64,000 nt of DNA from the NCBI GenBank assembly GCA_951406725.2, contig OX597819.1, forward strand, positions 47,864,001 through 47,928,000, given 5' to 3'. This stretch comes from Octopus vulgaris (lineage: Eukaryota). Below the pieces are notes generated by a model that worked only from the letters and a program-made list of their open reading frames with translations, did no database searches and was not told the DNA's origin. Numbering within the stretch: position 1 is the stretch's first letter; the number at the start of each line of letters is the position of its first letter. This document shows, piece after piece, positions 52,201 to 64,000 of this stretch. The translations under genes were made by a program, and so were the position numbers.

Positions 52201-55200
52201 CCAACCACATGGTTTTGGGTGCAACCCCACTGTGTGGTACCTTGCACAAGTGTCTTCCACTATAGCCTCAAGCCAATCATAGCCCTACAAGTGAATTTGG
52301 GAGGTGGAACCCAAAAGAAACCTGTCAGATATGTATGTGCATGTATGCATGTACATGAGTGTATGTGTGTCTTCTTAACATCACAAAATAGTTGTAAATA
52401 AGTATCGTTGCCATACAAGTGGTGTCCATTTACGATTTTCTATGGAAACATGTCCGGCGATGGGGAAATATTACCTCACTTGAATCAGCCTTTCTGCTTC
52501 AAAGAATTCCATTAGACCCATGCAAGCATGGAAAAGTGAATGTTAAAATAATACAACTTTGTCGTATTCTAAATTTACTGCTATTTTTGTTTTAATAACA
52601 TTCATTATTATTTACTATGCAAACATCAGTAAGATTTACAATTTGTTACACCATGGTATAATTTAATTAAATACTAAGTATTATATTTGATAATGACTAC
52701 ACAATGCAATCAGTCTGAGATTAACTAACCTGCATTATATTTGGATCAATAAAATCAGCTACATTATGTCCTTCCCATATTTCTGGCATGACATCATATT
52801 TTTCTTCTGGATTCATCAAATCCCAGGTTTCTGTAACAAAAGTTTAGAAATAAATAGTAGACAATGGGAACAATTCAAATCATTTTCATTCTATTTTACT
52901 AGTTTCAGTTTGAGGACTGTGACCATGCTGGAGATCCCTGCCTTCAAAGATATATCATCATAATTTAACATCCATTGTCCATGCTGGGTTGGACGGTTTG
53001 ACCAGAGCTAGCAAGCTGGTGAGCTGCACCAGACTCCAATCTGATTTTCCCTTCCTAACACCAACCACTTATCAGAGTGTGCTGGGTGTTTTTACATGGA
53101 TTCCAGTTCTTGACTGTTAGAGTAAGATTTGAACTCAGAATGTAATCAAACACTATAATAAAGTATTTTACGACATTTCAAATCACACGCGACATCCTTG
53201 GTTTAGTCTTGGTTGAGTTTTTGCAACGCAAAACCTGCTCCTTCTTGTTTGGACATGGACTTGCCAGGAAGCATATGAAATGTTCTGTAGGTAGTCAACA
53301 CCCATAGCTAACAGTTGCATACTGTCCTTCTCTTCCAGATTGTGAAAGCTTACCATGTTTAATCAAAATACAGTGAAATTTTAAGACTTCATTTTTTATG
53401 GGCATCTCTATATATATAAACGACAAAATGTCTGTGTGCGTGTCCTTTATAGAAATCCACAATTTTTCAGTTAGAGGGCTCGCACTTTCTATGGTCATTC
53501 AAAACCGTCCAAGGGTGGTCGTGCACATCTTTACATTTCCCCAGTCACCCCACAAAGCCATTAAAAAATCAATAGAAGTGATTTTTTTGTGAATTTTCTA
53601 TCCAAAACCCAATCAAAATGCCCGAAACTTGATACACCAATTGAATGCCAGCTAGCTGTATGTAATTGGTTGGAGATTTGGACAGTACTCGCATGTATGT
53701 GTGCATGCACACAGCTGTATATGCATGCACTAGCACTATGACCCGGCAACGCCAGGTCATAGTGCTAGTATATGTTAAAATATAAGAACTTTGTATATCT
53801 ATAAATAATAATGATTCTTTCTAATTTTTGTACAAGGACATCAGTTTAGTGGGAGGAATAAGTCAATTATACCAAGCCCAGTAACAGGATATGATGTGAA
53901 TTTTCTTCATGTCATATCCTGCTGCCTTGAAAATTAACATTCTCTAGATATGGTCTTAGATACACTATAAGCAAAAAAGACAACTATCTTGCCTTAGTTC
54001 AAAGTTCTATTCAATCAGACTAAACACCATCATTACATCTGTATTTAGCAAGATGCGTTTTTTTAAACCATTCTCTATTTTAATGTAATATTTGTTATTT
54101 CTAAAGATATTCTATACAAATTACAAATAAATGAATATATACTAATTTGTATAGTTTTTATTGTTACTAAAGTGGACTGGCAGAACTGGCAGTGTTGGAA
54201 AAATACCTTGCAATATTTAGCTCTTCATAGTCTGAGCTAAAATCTTGCCCAGGTCAGTTTCACCATTCTTCCAGGGTCAATAAAATAAAGCATCGGCCAT
54301 GTACTGGAATTGATGTAACAGACTAATACAGCGACACACACATAAATTTCAGACCATGTGCCAATATTAGAAAATTATTATTATTATTAGGGTGAATTAC
54401 AGTGAATTGGACAAAATACTTCATAAGTATTTAGTCACAACTCTTTTACTGGCTGAGTTTAAATTTTACCAAAACACTTTTACCTTGCCTTCTTCCAAGG
54501 TTTATAAAATGAAGCACCAGTCAAGCATTAGGATTAATTTTTAATCAATTAAGTCTTGTACTTCCCTTAAATTTGTAGCCTTTTGCCTTTGTTAGAAATA
54601 ATTATTATTAACACTCAAAAGGTAATATCACTATATTCATGACACTAATGGCTGTTAATACAAATTCAATTAAACATTTACAGTCAAGTAATATACTTAC
54701 TTCTCAAATCTAAAGTGTAATCATCTCCCATTTCTTGTTCAATGTCTTTTTCCTGCAAAGAAACAGAAATGTTTTGGTCTATCTATAAAATAATCAAAAG
54801 AAGGAGGAGGAGCAATGCCTGGAGATCTTTGCAGGTCTTTCCAGACTAATGAAATTGATGTTCAGTTTAAATATATATAATAGCAGTGTTTAGTGTGGTG
54901 AGACAGTAAAGGTGATCATAGTAGGAATGATAAGTAGGGAAAATGGGACAGAGTGAAGTAGGAAGCTAGTTAGTTCAGAGGACATGCAGGAGCAAAAATG
55001 ACATACCTATGAGCTAGTAATTGAAGACTGCTGGTTATTAAACCATTTGCCAGCTTGGATTTGGTGTAGGACACCAGTTTCCAACCAGTGTCACAGAAAG
55101 TAGTTTGTGATGTCATTAGGTTTTAAGTTTCAACAACCCAATTGACATCATTTGCCAGAGGCACATTAAGGGTGTCGTATACATTAAGCATAGGAAGTTA

Positions 55201-58200
55201 GGGAGGCAGAGATATTGGAAACCACTTGTCTTGGATGTTAGTGTATAGCAGTAGCACTATTCTACAGATGTAAGCAATATTTCACTGGGAGTTTTACAAC
55301 TTTTTTGTAATCTTTAAATTAGGAGGGAATGCCTAAGACCCTTTACAGCCCAGAGTATGGAGGAAAGGATGGAGGAAGCTATCCTCAAACTGAAAATCTG
55401 GCTTAAATGCTTGCAACAAAGTGGACTCTGCTAAAGACACCCAAAGATCAGATGATGGTGGTGGTGGTGGTGGCGTAAAACTGGGTAATGGATTAAGTCT
55501 ACCACCTAAGTAGGCCAAGGTGGGATCTGAACTCAGAATGTAAAGAAAAAGGAGAAATACTGCAAAGCATTCTATCCAACACATTCTAAATGACTCTGCC
55601 AATTCACCATCTGATTTGTGAGTAAAAGTTAATGGCTTTGACTATGACAGATTCCAGGTGTTGCAAGAAGGATTCATCATCCATTTCTTTTAACCACAGC
55701 TGAATTCAAAGGCAAAAATTTCACACACACTCTCTTAAGTCTCGGAAGATAATTTTAGTAATGTAAACAGTCCCGCTGAAGACAAATAAGTGAATCTTAC
55801 CAATTTCTTCTTTTGCATATCAGTTTCCATTTTTTGCCTTTTCTGAAGAACAGCTTCGGGGATATGAACTGGTCTTTCCTATATAAAAAAAAAAAAATTT
55901 CATCACAGATTATCTTGCTATAATTAGTGGTGGTTTTGCAGTTTATATATTTTTGCTCCTCATAACAGAATTGGTACGTTGTCCTTAAATTCCAATTTTA
56001 AGGTGTGGGGTTATAGTGAGTTGTTTTATCTACTGTTATTCCTTCAAGATGTGAAGTTAAACACAATGGTTGTAATGTGTTTGAACTCACAATAACATAG
56101 CAAAACAATATTGCGATTCACAACAAAATGTTACACATAACAAAACTCCGTGTAAGAAAGAGAAACAGTCATCCAAAAGGAAGATTTCCATATGTGAATG
56201 TGTCTTTCAAGAAACAGAGTAAACAAAACTCTGTAACAAACATTAAACTGCAAATATCATATTTTGATTACATTCTGGTAAAACATCAGAAACCTTACCC
56301 TGTCATCTCTCTTGTTTGGCACTGCAACTCTCAATCGCGATAATAAGTCATCTTTTTTCTGACGAATCTTTGTTTCCACTCGATAAGCTAACAGACGATC
56401 ACAAGCCTAGATTAGACAAAATATGAAAATAACATTTCCTCATTGCCAGCTCAATATTATAAAATGAATCATGACAGGTAAAACAAATTTTTTCATCAAC
56501 ACCAAATAAATTACAAATTAATACTAAAATACTTTTAAGTGTTAATTCTCAAGAGCAAAACCTATGGTCAAACCATTTTAGGTTTGACCATCCTCTTTTT
56601 AAATATCTAGATATATATTCTACTAATATGGTAGGGTTTGATTAAAAAGAAATGTGGCTACTGTTTCTAACAGGTCAACTGACCACATGGAGGCTTCCCC
56701 CTTTAGTATTGGTTTGTAAAGAACAGTAGTAATATTAAAGTTAAATTACATAAATAAAAAAATGTCAATATTTTTAGACTTAAGGGATGGCTGTATGGTT
56801 AAGAAATATGCTTTGTGACCATTTGAATTTAAGTTCAGTCCCACTGCATGGCATCTTGGTCAAGTATCTTCTATTATTGTCCTGGGCTGACCAATGCTGT
56901 ATGAGTATACCTAGTAGACAAACAGTACAGAAGCCCATCACTCATGTGCATATGTGTGTGTGTTGGTATGTTTGTCGCTCAACACTTAACAACCAATGTT
57001 GGTTTGTCTTTGAAACTTTGCAGATCCACAAAAAGCAAACAACAATAAGTATCAGACTTTAAAAAAAATGTAGTGTGATCATTTTGATTTACTGAATCCT
57101 TCAATGCATTGCTCCAGAATGGCCACAGACCAATGACAAATATTCAAACACTTACCTCATTTTTGACATTCATGACTCCTTCTTCAGTGAGTGTACTCAT
57201 ATACATTATTGGAACATTTTCCTCTTCTATTTTCTTGATGGAAGCCTTTAAAATTAACAACACACAACCATTACCATATATTTGAATATTTATAAATTTA
57301 TGAAATACTTTTAATAAATTGCATTCATTTGATTCAAATACATTTTTCTAAGCTAGTGTGGATTAAACAAATACATATTTTTGAAGTACTGGTCTACTGA
57401 AAGTACCCAGTAGCTAACTCTTATAAATTCTTAACTATTTTTCAAATGAGGAGTTTTTTCATTCCACTCATCTTCAAAAGTTAAAAACTCGAAGACAATT
57501 TGTTGAAGAGGATGTCAACAAATATTACTGTTTGTAGTTCAGTACTGTTTCATATATTCATACATGCGTAGGCTTGTACACACACACACAAAACAAAAAG
57601 ACTTTGTGGAATTTCATTCCCAAAGTTAAATTTCATAGGTAGATGTAGCTATTCAATAAATAGATGTTGCTAAAATAAGTACCAGACAAGGCACTGGGGT
57701 TGATAAAAAATTCCAGGGTAGAAAATATAAGTTATAATTTTCAAGAACTTTCCTTGGCTGTGTACTCTAATTTAGACTGAAGCAATTTTAAGTACACCTA
57801 TTTATATGTAGTATATATAGCATCAAAAGACTAACTAGCATCCAAACTAGATTTATTACACATTCATTTTATGTTTCAGAAACTAGATCAAACCAAACAT
57901 TAATCCTATCACATTTTATTTCATAAAAGGTCCCACTTGCTTTATCTCATAAAAGGACCAACTAGTTAGCCCTATGTTATTTCTTCGTGTCATGTGCATG
58001 ATTTAAAGGAACAAATGTAATTAGAAAATATATCATATGAAGTATCCTAAAATAATTCATACTACATTATTATATATAATGTGAGAGAAAGAGAGAGAGA
58101 TTATGTGTATTGAAACAAATTACCTGTGTAGTTTCTGGGAGGTCTTCAAATTTCAGAACATCTATTTTGTTGATGCAAACTAAGATGGGTTTATTCACAA

Positions 58201-61200
58201 ATAAAGGTTTAATGCTTTCAAATAAGGTAATCTGAAAATTTAAAGCAAAAATATATATAATATATAAATTAAGCATACAAGGAAAAGTAAACAGCTGGCA
58301 AACTGAAAGAAAACCAATGAGATTAGGTCAGTAAACATATGGCTACCTCCTGTAAGCACTGGTGTGTGTATAGGTACGGCATGAATATTGAGCAAAAACA
58401 CCTAAAGCTCCACAAGGCACCGGCAGGGATGGTGGTGATCCCTGCTGTACTCTTTCACCACAACTTTCTCTCACTCTTACTTCCTGTTTCTGTTGTACCT
58501 GTATTTCAAAGGGCCGGCCTTGTCACTCTCTGTGTCGTCACGCTGAATATCCCCGAGAACTGCGTTAAGGGTACACGTGTCTGTGGAGTGCTCAGCCACT
58601 TACACGTTAATTTCACGAGCAGGCTGTTCCGTTGATCGGATCAACCGGAACCCTCGTCGTCGTAACCGACGGAGTGCTTCCACACGGCATGAATATAATT
58701 TATAAATATTAATAGGCAGTGTATTTCATTGCAAGCTTGGTAATGAAATGGTTAATATATTTCTGTAGTTAAATCATTCACATTTATATAAAATATATAA
58801 ATACCATTTATAATATTTTCATTTTTAACTTTATACACTAAGTGCACCAAAATACTTTTTATTTACTCTAAGTGGGGAACCACTGCATTAGACAACCTAA
58901 ATAATCCCAATTATTTTAGAGAATTAAATTTGTGTTGGCCAAGTCTGTAAATCCATACTTTTTTAATAAATCAATGAAATGAAGGATTTTATGTCAACCA
59001 CCCAATAGCAGAGTAAAAAAAGGGTAGTAAGAAGAAAACAAAGCAGTAATATAATAGTTAACACATTTACCCATTCAGCATGTGTTAAGTTTAGTTTGGA
59101 TGTGGAGGAGATTTGTTCTTGGATTCCTTTTTATCATATTGTGTTCAAAATGTTTACATGTTTTTTAGCCAATGCTAATTCACATTACAATTCTCAGTTA
59201 ATTCAAACAAACAGCAGTTGTGATATTAACAGCTAAAAAGGAATTCTATATTTAACCCTTTCATTACCAACCCGGTTGAAACCAGCTCTGGCTCTGAGTA
59301 CAAATGTCTTGTTTTCATAAGTTTTGAATTAAAATTTATGCTCCCAATACTAGCTGAATGATAACTAAGTTATTTTACCAAATTCTTTGTTATATTTAAA
59401 GTGATTGAAAGAAACACAGGGCATCTCAAAATAAATACAGTAATGAGAGGGTTAAGAGATGAGGAATTATGTACATTATTTACGATTGACAGACATTTGT
59501 CCTCATCTTGTTGTTAACACGCTTTGGCTGATATACTCTCCAGCCTTCATCAGGTGTCTTGGGGAAATTCCAAACCTGGGTTCTCATTCCTAAGGTATTT
59601 TTCAATGTTGTTGTTATTATTATTATTCAGGTCACTGCCTGGAATCCAACCTCGGAATCTTGGGGTTAGCAGCCCGTGCTCTTAACCACTACACCATATG
59701 GTATATCAGCCGAAACGTTGTGTTAACAACAAACAAGATGAGGATAAATATCCGTCAACTGTAAATAAGAGCTAAAATAGAGACAGCCACTGTGTGTATT
59801 TACAAACAAACTCTTACCTGTTCATCAATTGTTTGGTTACATTGTTCAGAGATATCCATAATATACAGTACTGCAGCTTTTAAATGAGCCAATGCTGTAA
59901 TGGCCTGCATTTCAATAGTGTTTCTATTTTCTAAAGGATGATCCAATATACCTGGAGTATCAACAACCTATTTGGAAAGGCAGAAAAAATAGCATTTAGA
60001 ATATAAATTGTTTCAGAGAGTAGTTATTATATATACTCCCAGCACTAGGAAAGGCATCTAGCTACAGAAACCTTGCTAAAGCAGATAGTGCAGCTTGGCA
60101 TGGCTCTCTGACTATCCAACCCATGCCATCATGGAAAATGGATGTTAAATGATGATGTGCTCCACATTCCTAAGAAATAGGGTACAGATGAAATGTTGAT
60201 TCATACGTAACAAAAATGATGCTGTAGGTCATGTGACTTAACTCAATGATCACACAAACAGTACTGTTTAACAAAGCTATGATTGAATTCATTGTAGGAA
60301 CTTGGATTATGCTGTTGAACAAGATTCTGGAATTAAGAACGTTGTATGATTTAAGCTTCAGGGTGAGACTTTAGTATTGAACTTATAGAAATACTTATCA
60401 GAATTATTACAACAGATAGTGTATTTCTTTGGAAATATAGTCACAGAAGTTTTAAAGCAAGACGCTTTCTCAACCCACTTCTGTTCAACCTTTCTTACAA
60501 CTGCATATCAAGTATTTTCAATGCACTCATGTTATAATTCTTTTAAGTGACAAAAATATCTGCTTATACATATACCATAACTGTCACTAATAAATAAGTT
60601 GTAATTAAGATCACTCCTTTATGACAATATTAATGATAAAAATACAATTGAACATACCATATTTTCTGGCATAAAAGTCAAATTTTTCAAACTAAAATTT
60701 ACAGCAGAAAAATTGAGACGATTTGGAGGACCAAAAATTTCAGGTGAAAAGCAATTGGATTTGGAAAGACTGTGATGTTTGAATTTACACTATATAATAC
60801 ACTGACATGTGGGCCAGAAAATATGTTACTTATATATTTGAAAAGAAAAAGAAGAAATAAAACATTAACAGAAAATAAGATTTTAAAATGAAACTTTTTG
60901 CAAAATAGATATCTTACCTGCCAACGTAGATACCGATGGTCAGTGTGTCCAACGAACAATGATTTGGTTGTGAAAGCATAAGGCTGCACTTCAACGTCGG
61001 CTCGTGTAATCTAGAAGTTAACAAAATTATTACAAGAATAATAACTGGATATTAGAAACAATAAACACTGATTAACACATTCAGATATTTAAATAAACCA
61101 GTACAGCAATATTTTCAAAGGAAATTAATTTCCAAATGTCAACAACTCAGCCATGAAGTAAGTGGCATTTCTTATCAGTTAGGTAGAGTGGATAAAAGAG

Positions 61201-62399
61201 AGTAATGTACTCCTCTTAAGGACACCCTATGTCAACGAGAGCATTTAACCCATATATGCCCATAAAAAGATGAAGTCTTAAAATTTCACTGTATTTAGAT
61301 TAAACATTATGGTAAGCTTTCACAATCTGGAAAAAAAGGACAGTATACAACTGTTAGCTACGGATGTCGACTACCTACTGAACATTTCGTATGCTCAGTC
61401 AGATGCTTCCTGGCAAGTTCATGTCCAAACAAGTAGGAGCAGGTTTTGTGTTGCAAAAAGGCAACCAGGGGTCAATACATGTTAAAATTGATATCTTTTG
61501 TTTACTAGTTCAACATATTAACATTTGGTCACTGTATCTTATCTTAAACCCTTCAGCGTTTAAACCAGCCACATCCAGCCAAAATAATCTACTTGTTTTA
61601 TCTACAAACTTGCCAGATCCAACCTCTCAGGCTTACCCTACAATATTATTCTAAAAATAAATAATTATGTTATTGAAGTCTAATCTATGTGAATAAATAA
61701 GCATTACATTTGACACAGAAATCTGAATGCTAAAGGGTTAATCATAATAATTGTTTCTGACATTATTGCAAGGCCAGAAATTTGGAGACGAGTCACCAGT
61801 ACTTGAACTGAAGGATGAAAGGCAAAGTCCACCTCAGCAGGATTTTAACAGGTCTGCTAATCCACTGTCCTCATGTTAATCATAATAAGGAAAAAGAATA
61901 AATATCTGAAACTAGTAACAGAACATTTAACATCTGAAATCAAATAGGATCTGTTGATTAAATCTGTCTTCAGTTCTCAGAGAGAGAAGTTGGTTGGTTC
62001 AGTAACTAAGAACACATGGAAAAACATTTATACAAACCTTATTAATAAAGCTTGATTTTCCAACATTAGGGAATCCACAGACAAGAAGAGTTCGGGTAGT
62101 AGGATCAATGGATGGCAAACGAGATAAATGTTGTCTAACTTGTTCTAGATATTCCAAGCTCTGTTTCTGACGTTTCAAAATGGTCACCATTCTAGAAATA
62201 CATATAATATACACTTGTATAATATGTTCTTTAATTAAATTATATTACTACTGTTCAATGTTAATTCCAAACAGTAGATTTGTATTTAACCAAGTTAAAT
62301 ATAGCAAAAGCTTACCTTCCTAGAGCTGCTTTTTTCAATTGTTTGCATCGATAAAGTGAATCAGCATATTTCAGAAGTCTAACATAATCCTTTGAAACA
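46079..62399 (-). CDS. GTPBP4: Nucleolar GTP-binding protein 1 (NOG1/GTPBP4), last 14 coding exons; 5' exons outside the window
   Basis: Exons 62399-62316, 62191-62038, 61010-60918, 59967-59818, 58231-58124, 57245-57156, 56406-56299, 55878-55801, 54752-54701, 52830-52730, 51355-51243, 48956-48812, 48186-48052, 46231-46079, all GT-AG and in phase. Motifs: G1 [10 protein letters not shown]2 YAFTT, G3 DTPG, G4 [25 protein letters not shown]-terminal [18 protein letters not shown]. Confidence 0.98.
46870..47830 (+). mobile_element. Highly decayed A-rich retroelement fragment, probably Penelope-like RT
   Basis: Strong A/C skew; weak echoes of PLE RT motifs (YKTQGIT.SLP, LQPKL); many stops. Confidence 0.35.
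48052..48186 (-). CDS. GTPBP4: GTPBP4 exon
   Basis: [45 protein letters not shown]. Confidence 0.92.
48812..48956 (-). CDS. GTPBP4: GTPBP4 exon
   Basis: [48 protein letters not shown]. Confidence 0.92.
49645..49822. mobile_element. Tc1/pogo-type MITE
   Basis: TA-CCGTATTTTAACGCATATAAGG...CCTTATACACGTTAAAATACAA-TA. Confidence 0.75.
51243..51355 (-). CDS. GTPBP4: GTPBP4 exon
   Basis: [37 protein letters not shown]. Confidence 0.95.
52730..52830 (-). CDS. GTPBP4: GTPBP4 exon (NOGCT)
   Basis: [34 protein letters not shown]. Confidence 0.96.
53405..53768 (+). mobile_element. Complete non-autonomous Helitron
   Basis: A|TC start (ATCTCTATATATATAAA), 3' hairpin and CTAG|T end. Confidence 0.8.
54701..54752 (-). 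CDS. GTPBP4: GTPBP4 exon
   Basis: [17 protein letters not shown]. Confidence 0.94.
55801..55878 (-). CDS. GTPBP4: GTPBP4 exon
   Basis: [26 protein letters not shown]. Confidence 0.93.
56299..56406 (-). CDS. GTPBP4: GTPBP4 exon
   Basis: [36 protein letters not shown]. Confidence 0.95.
57156..57245 (-). CDS. GTPBP4: GTPBP4 exon
   Basis: [30 protein letters not shown]. Confidence 0.94.
58124..58231 (-). CDS. GTPBP4: GTPBP4 exon (G4)
   Basis: [36 protein letters not shown]. Confidence 0.95.
58389..58683 (+). mobile_element. SINE 3' part with 13-bp TSD
   Basis: TSD ACGGCATGAATAT on both sides; body homologous to 10700-11016. Confidence 0.75.
59243..59770 (-). mobile_element. tRNA-headed repeat with Penelope-type tail and hammerhead motif, plus inverted partial copy
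   Basis: tRNA-like head 59700-59629, (AAT)n spacer, hammerhead motif 59558-59516; inverted 3' copy at 59701-59768; piggyBac MITE inserted in its tail. Confidence 0.7.
59256..59451. mobile_element. piggyBac-type MITE
   Basis: TTAA-CCCTTTCATTAC...GTAATGAGAGGG-TTAA. Confidence 0.85.
59818..59967 (-). CDS. GTPBP4: GTPBP4 exon (G3)
   Basis: [50 protein letters not shown]. Confidence 0.97.
60918..61010 (-). CDS. GTPBP4: GTPBP4 exon (G2)
   Basis: [31 protein letters not shown]. Confidence 0.97.
62038..62191 (-). CDS. GTPBP4: GTPBP4 exon (P-loop)
   Basis: [51 protein letters not shown]. Confidence 0.97.
62316..62399 (-). CDS. GTPBP4: GTPBP4 exon
   Basis: [28 protein letters not shown]. Confidence 0.96.
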
Positions 62400-63024
62400 C
62401 TGCAATGGGAACATCTCAATTTTAGTCTTAAAATAAACTAAAGCTACACATACATACATAGAAATATTGCACAGATAAACTGTTGCTTCAGACAACAAAA
62501 ATGTTAACATCCTAAATTATAACCGCATTATCTTAAGATTTTAGTTCATTTGATTTCTTACAATTTCCATTGATAGAACAAAATTTTTACCCTTTACTAC
62601 AATGTAGTCATGGCATAAACAAATACACAGGTTACATGTTTTTCGCAATTTCAATGATGTCTTCTATAGTGAAAAATATATCTTTTATCTATTACTAGCT
62701 TCAGTCATTGGAACACCACCTTGAAGGGTTTAGCTGAACAGATTGACTCCAGTACTTGTTCTGTCAGTTTCCTTTGTGAAACTTCAAAGTTGCAGGGAAG
62801 TGAACAAACCAACACTAATAGTCAAGCAGTAGAACAAAGCACAACACAAAACACACACATATAAACACATACACAACAGACTTCCACACAGGGTTTCTGT
62901 CTACCAAATTCGCTCATAGAGCATTGATTGGCCCAGGGTTCTAGTAGAAGATACTTGCCGAAGGTGCTGCACAGTGGGACTGAACCTAAGACTGTGATTG
63001 AAAAATGAACTTACCACACAGCTC

Positions 63025-63357
63025 GGAGATCCCCTTCGGTCACGAATGACCATGGGATTGTACCTAGAAAGTTACCCTCCTAGGCACAAGTCCAGGCAAG
63101 GTTGTTTATGGAAGACCAGCAGTTGCCCATGCATACCAGCCTCCCCTCTCCACACCACTGATGCTATCCAAGGGAAAGGCAAAAGCTGATATAGCTTGGC
63201 ATCAGTGATGTCGCAACTCATTTCTACAGCTGAGTAAAACTGGAGCAACGTGAAATAAAGTGTCTTGCTCAAGAACATAATACGCAGTCCGGTTTGGGAT
63301 TCAAACTCAACTTCACGGTCATAAGACCGACGCTCTAACCACTGAGCCATGCACCTT
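63025..63357 (-). mobile_element. tRNA-derived SINE with TSD CACACAGCT, nested in another SINE
   Basis: Head TGGCTCAGTGGTTAGAGCGTCGG..GAGTTTGAATCCC on the minus strand. Confidence 0.75.
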
Positions 63358-63368
63358 CACACAGCTAA

Positions 63369-63412
<44 letters not shown>

Positions 63413-64000
63413 CACATAAACTAAAGTAAGTTAAATAAACAACTGCAACTTACATTCTAGAAAATAATATTGTGAGCAAATAAATTCAATGAAATCTGTT
63501 ATACAATGAGGCATCTTCATCATTATCATCATTTTTATGTATGCTGTCATGAGTTGGACAAGAGTTCATGAGGCAGAATTTTAAGGCTAGATGCTCCAAC
63601 TGACACCAATTATCCACTTGTATTCAAGTAAGATACTACAATCTACTGCTCTTTGCAAGTTAAAAGAGTGACATTTGTTTATGCAGGACATAAATGTCAC
63701 TGGGTCAATGCACAGACGAACAGAACACCTGCACAAACATACAAATTCATACATACATACATGTAAATATGTATGTAATGTATATACACACACATCCGCA
63801 ATAGGGTTCTGTACTGCTTCCATTTACTAAATTTCACAGACATGGCATTGGTCAAACTGAGGCCATAGTAGCAGATACTTGCCCAAAGTGTCACAGTGGG
63901 ATCGAATTTGAAAGCACATGCTTGCAAAGTGAATTTCTTAACCACAGTCAATATCATCCTCCTCCACTCCTCCTCATCATCATTGCTGGATGTCTGTTTT

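Noticed and set aside
46232-62315. Intronic snoRNAs in GTPBP4
   Set aside because: No convincing C/D box pair with terminal stem was seen; H/ACA types cannot be judged by eye and need snoscan/Infernal

Overview
AT-rich, intron-rich animal genomic DNA. The SINE, MITE and microsatellite content looks like an Octopus (coleoid cephalopod) genome; this is inferred from the repeat families. Three spliced protein genes were reconstructed by hand. (1) NAA35 (NatC auxiliary subunit, Mak10), minus strand: 12 exons from the start codon at 22408 down to 320, continuing past the left edge. (2) GTPBP4/NOG1, minus strand: the last 14 exons, 62399 down to the stop at 46079. (3) A small plus-strand gene missed by the ORF track that encodes an ASDURF-like prefoldin-like microprotein (about 33025-37720), with no ASNSD1 CDS found downstream. 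Also present: an intact tRNA-Trp(CCA), a decayed 28S rRNA fragment, a decayed Helitron Rep, RTE, CR1/L2 and Penelope-like fragments, piggyBac/Tc1/hAT-type MITEs and many SINEs. The most interesting observations are the apparently stand-alone ASDURF with a minimal hammerhead ribozyme motif just 3' of it, a tRNA-headed repeat carrying a hammerhead motif, and three short insertions copied from nearby DNA, one of which replaces the catalytic tyrosine motif of the Helitron. All homology calls rest on remembered sequences and motifs; no search was run.
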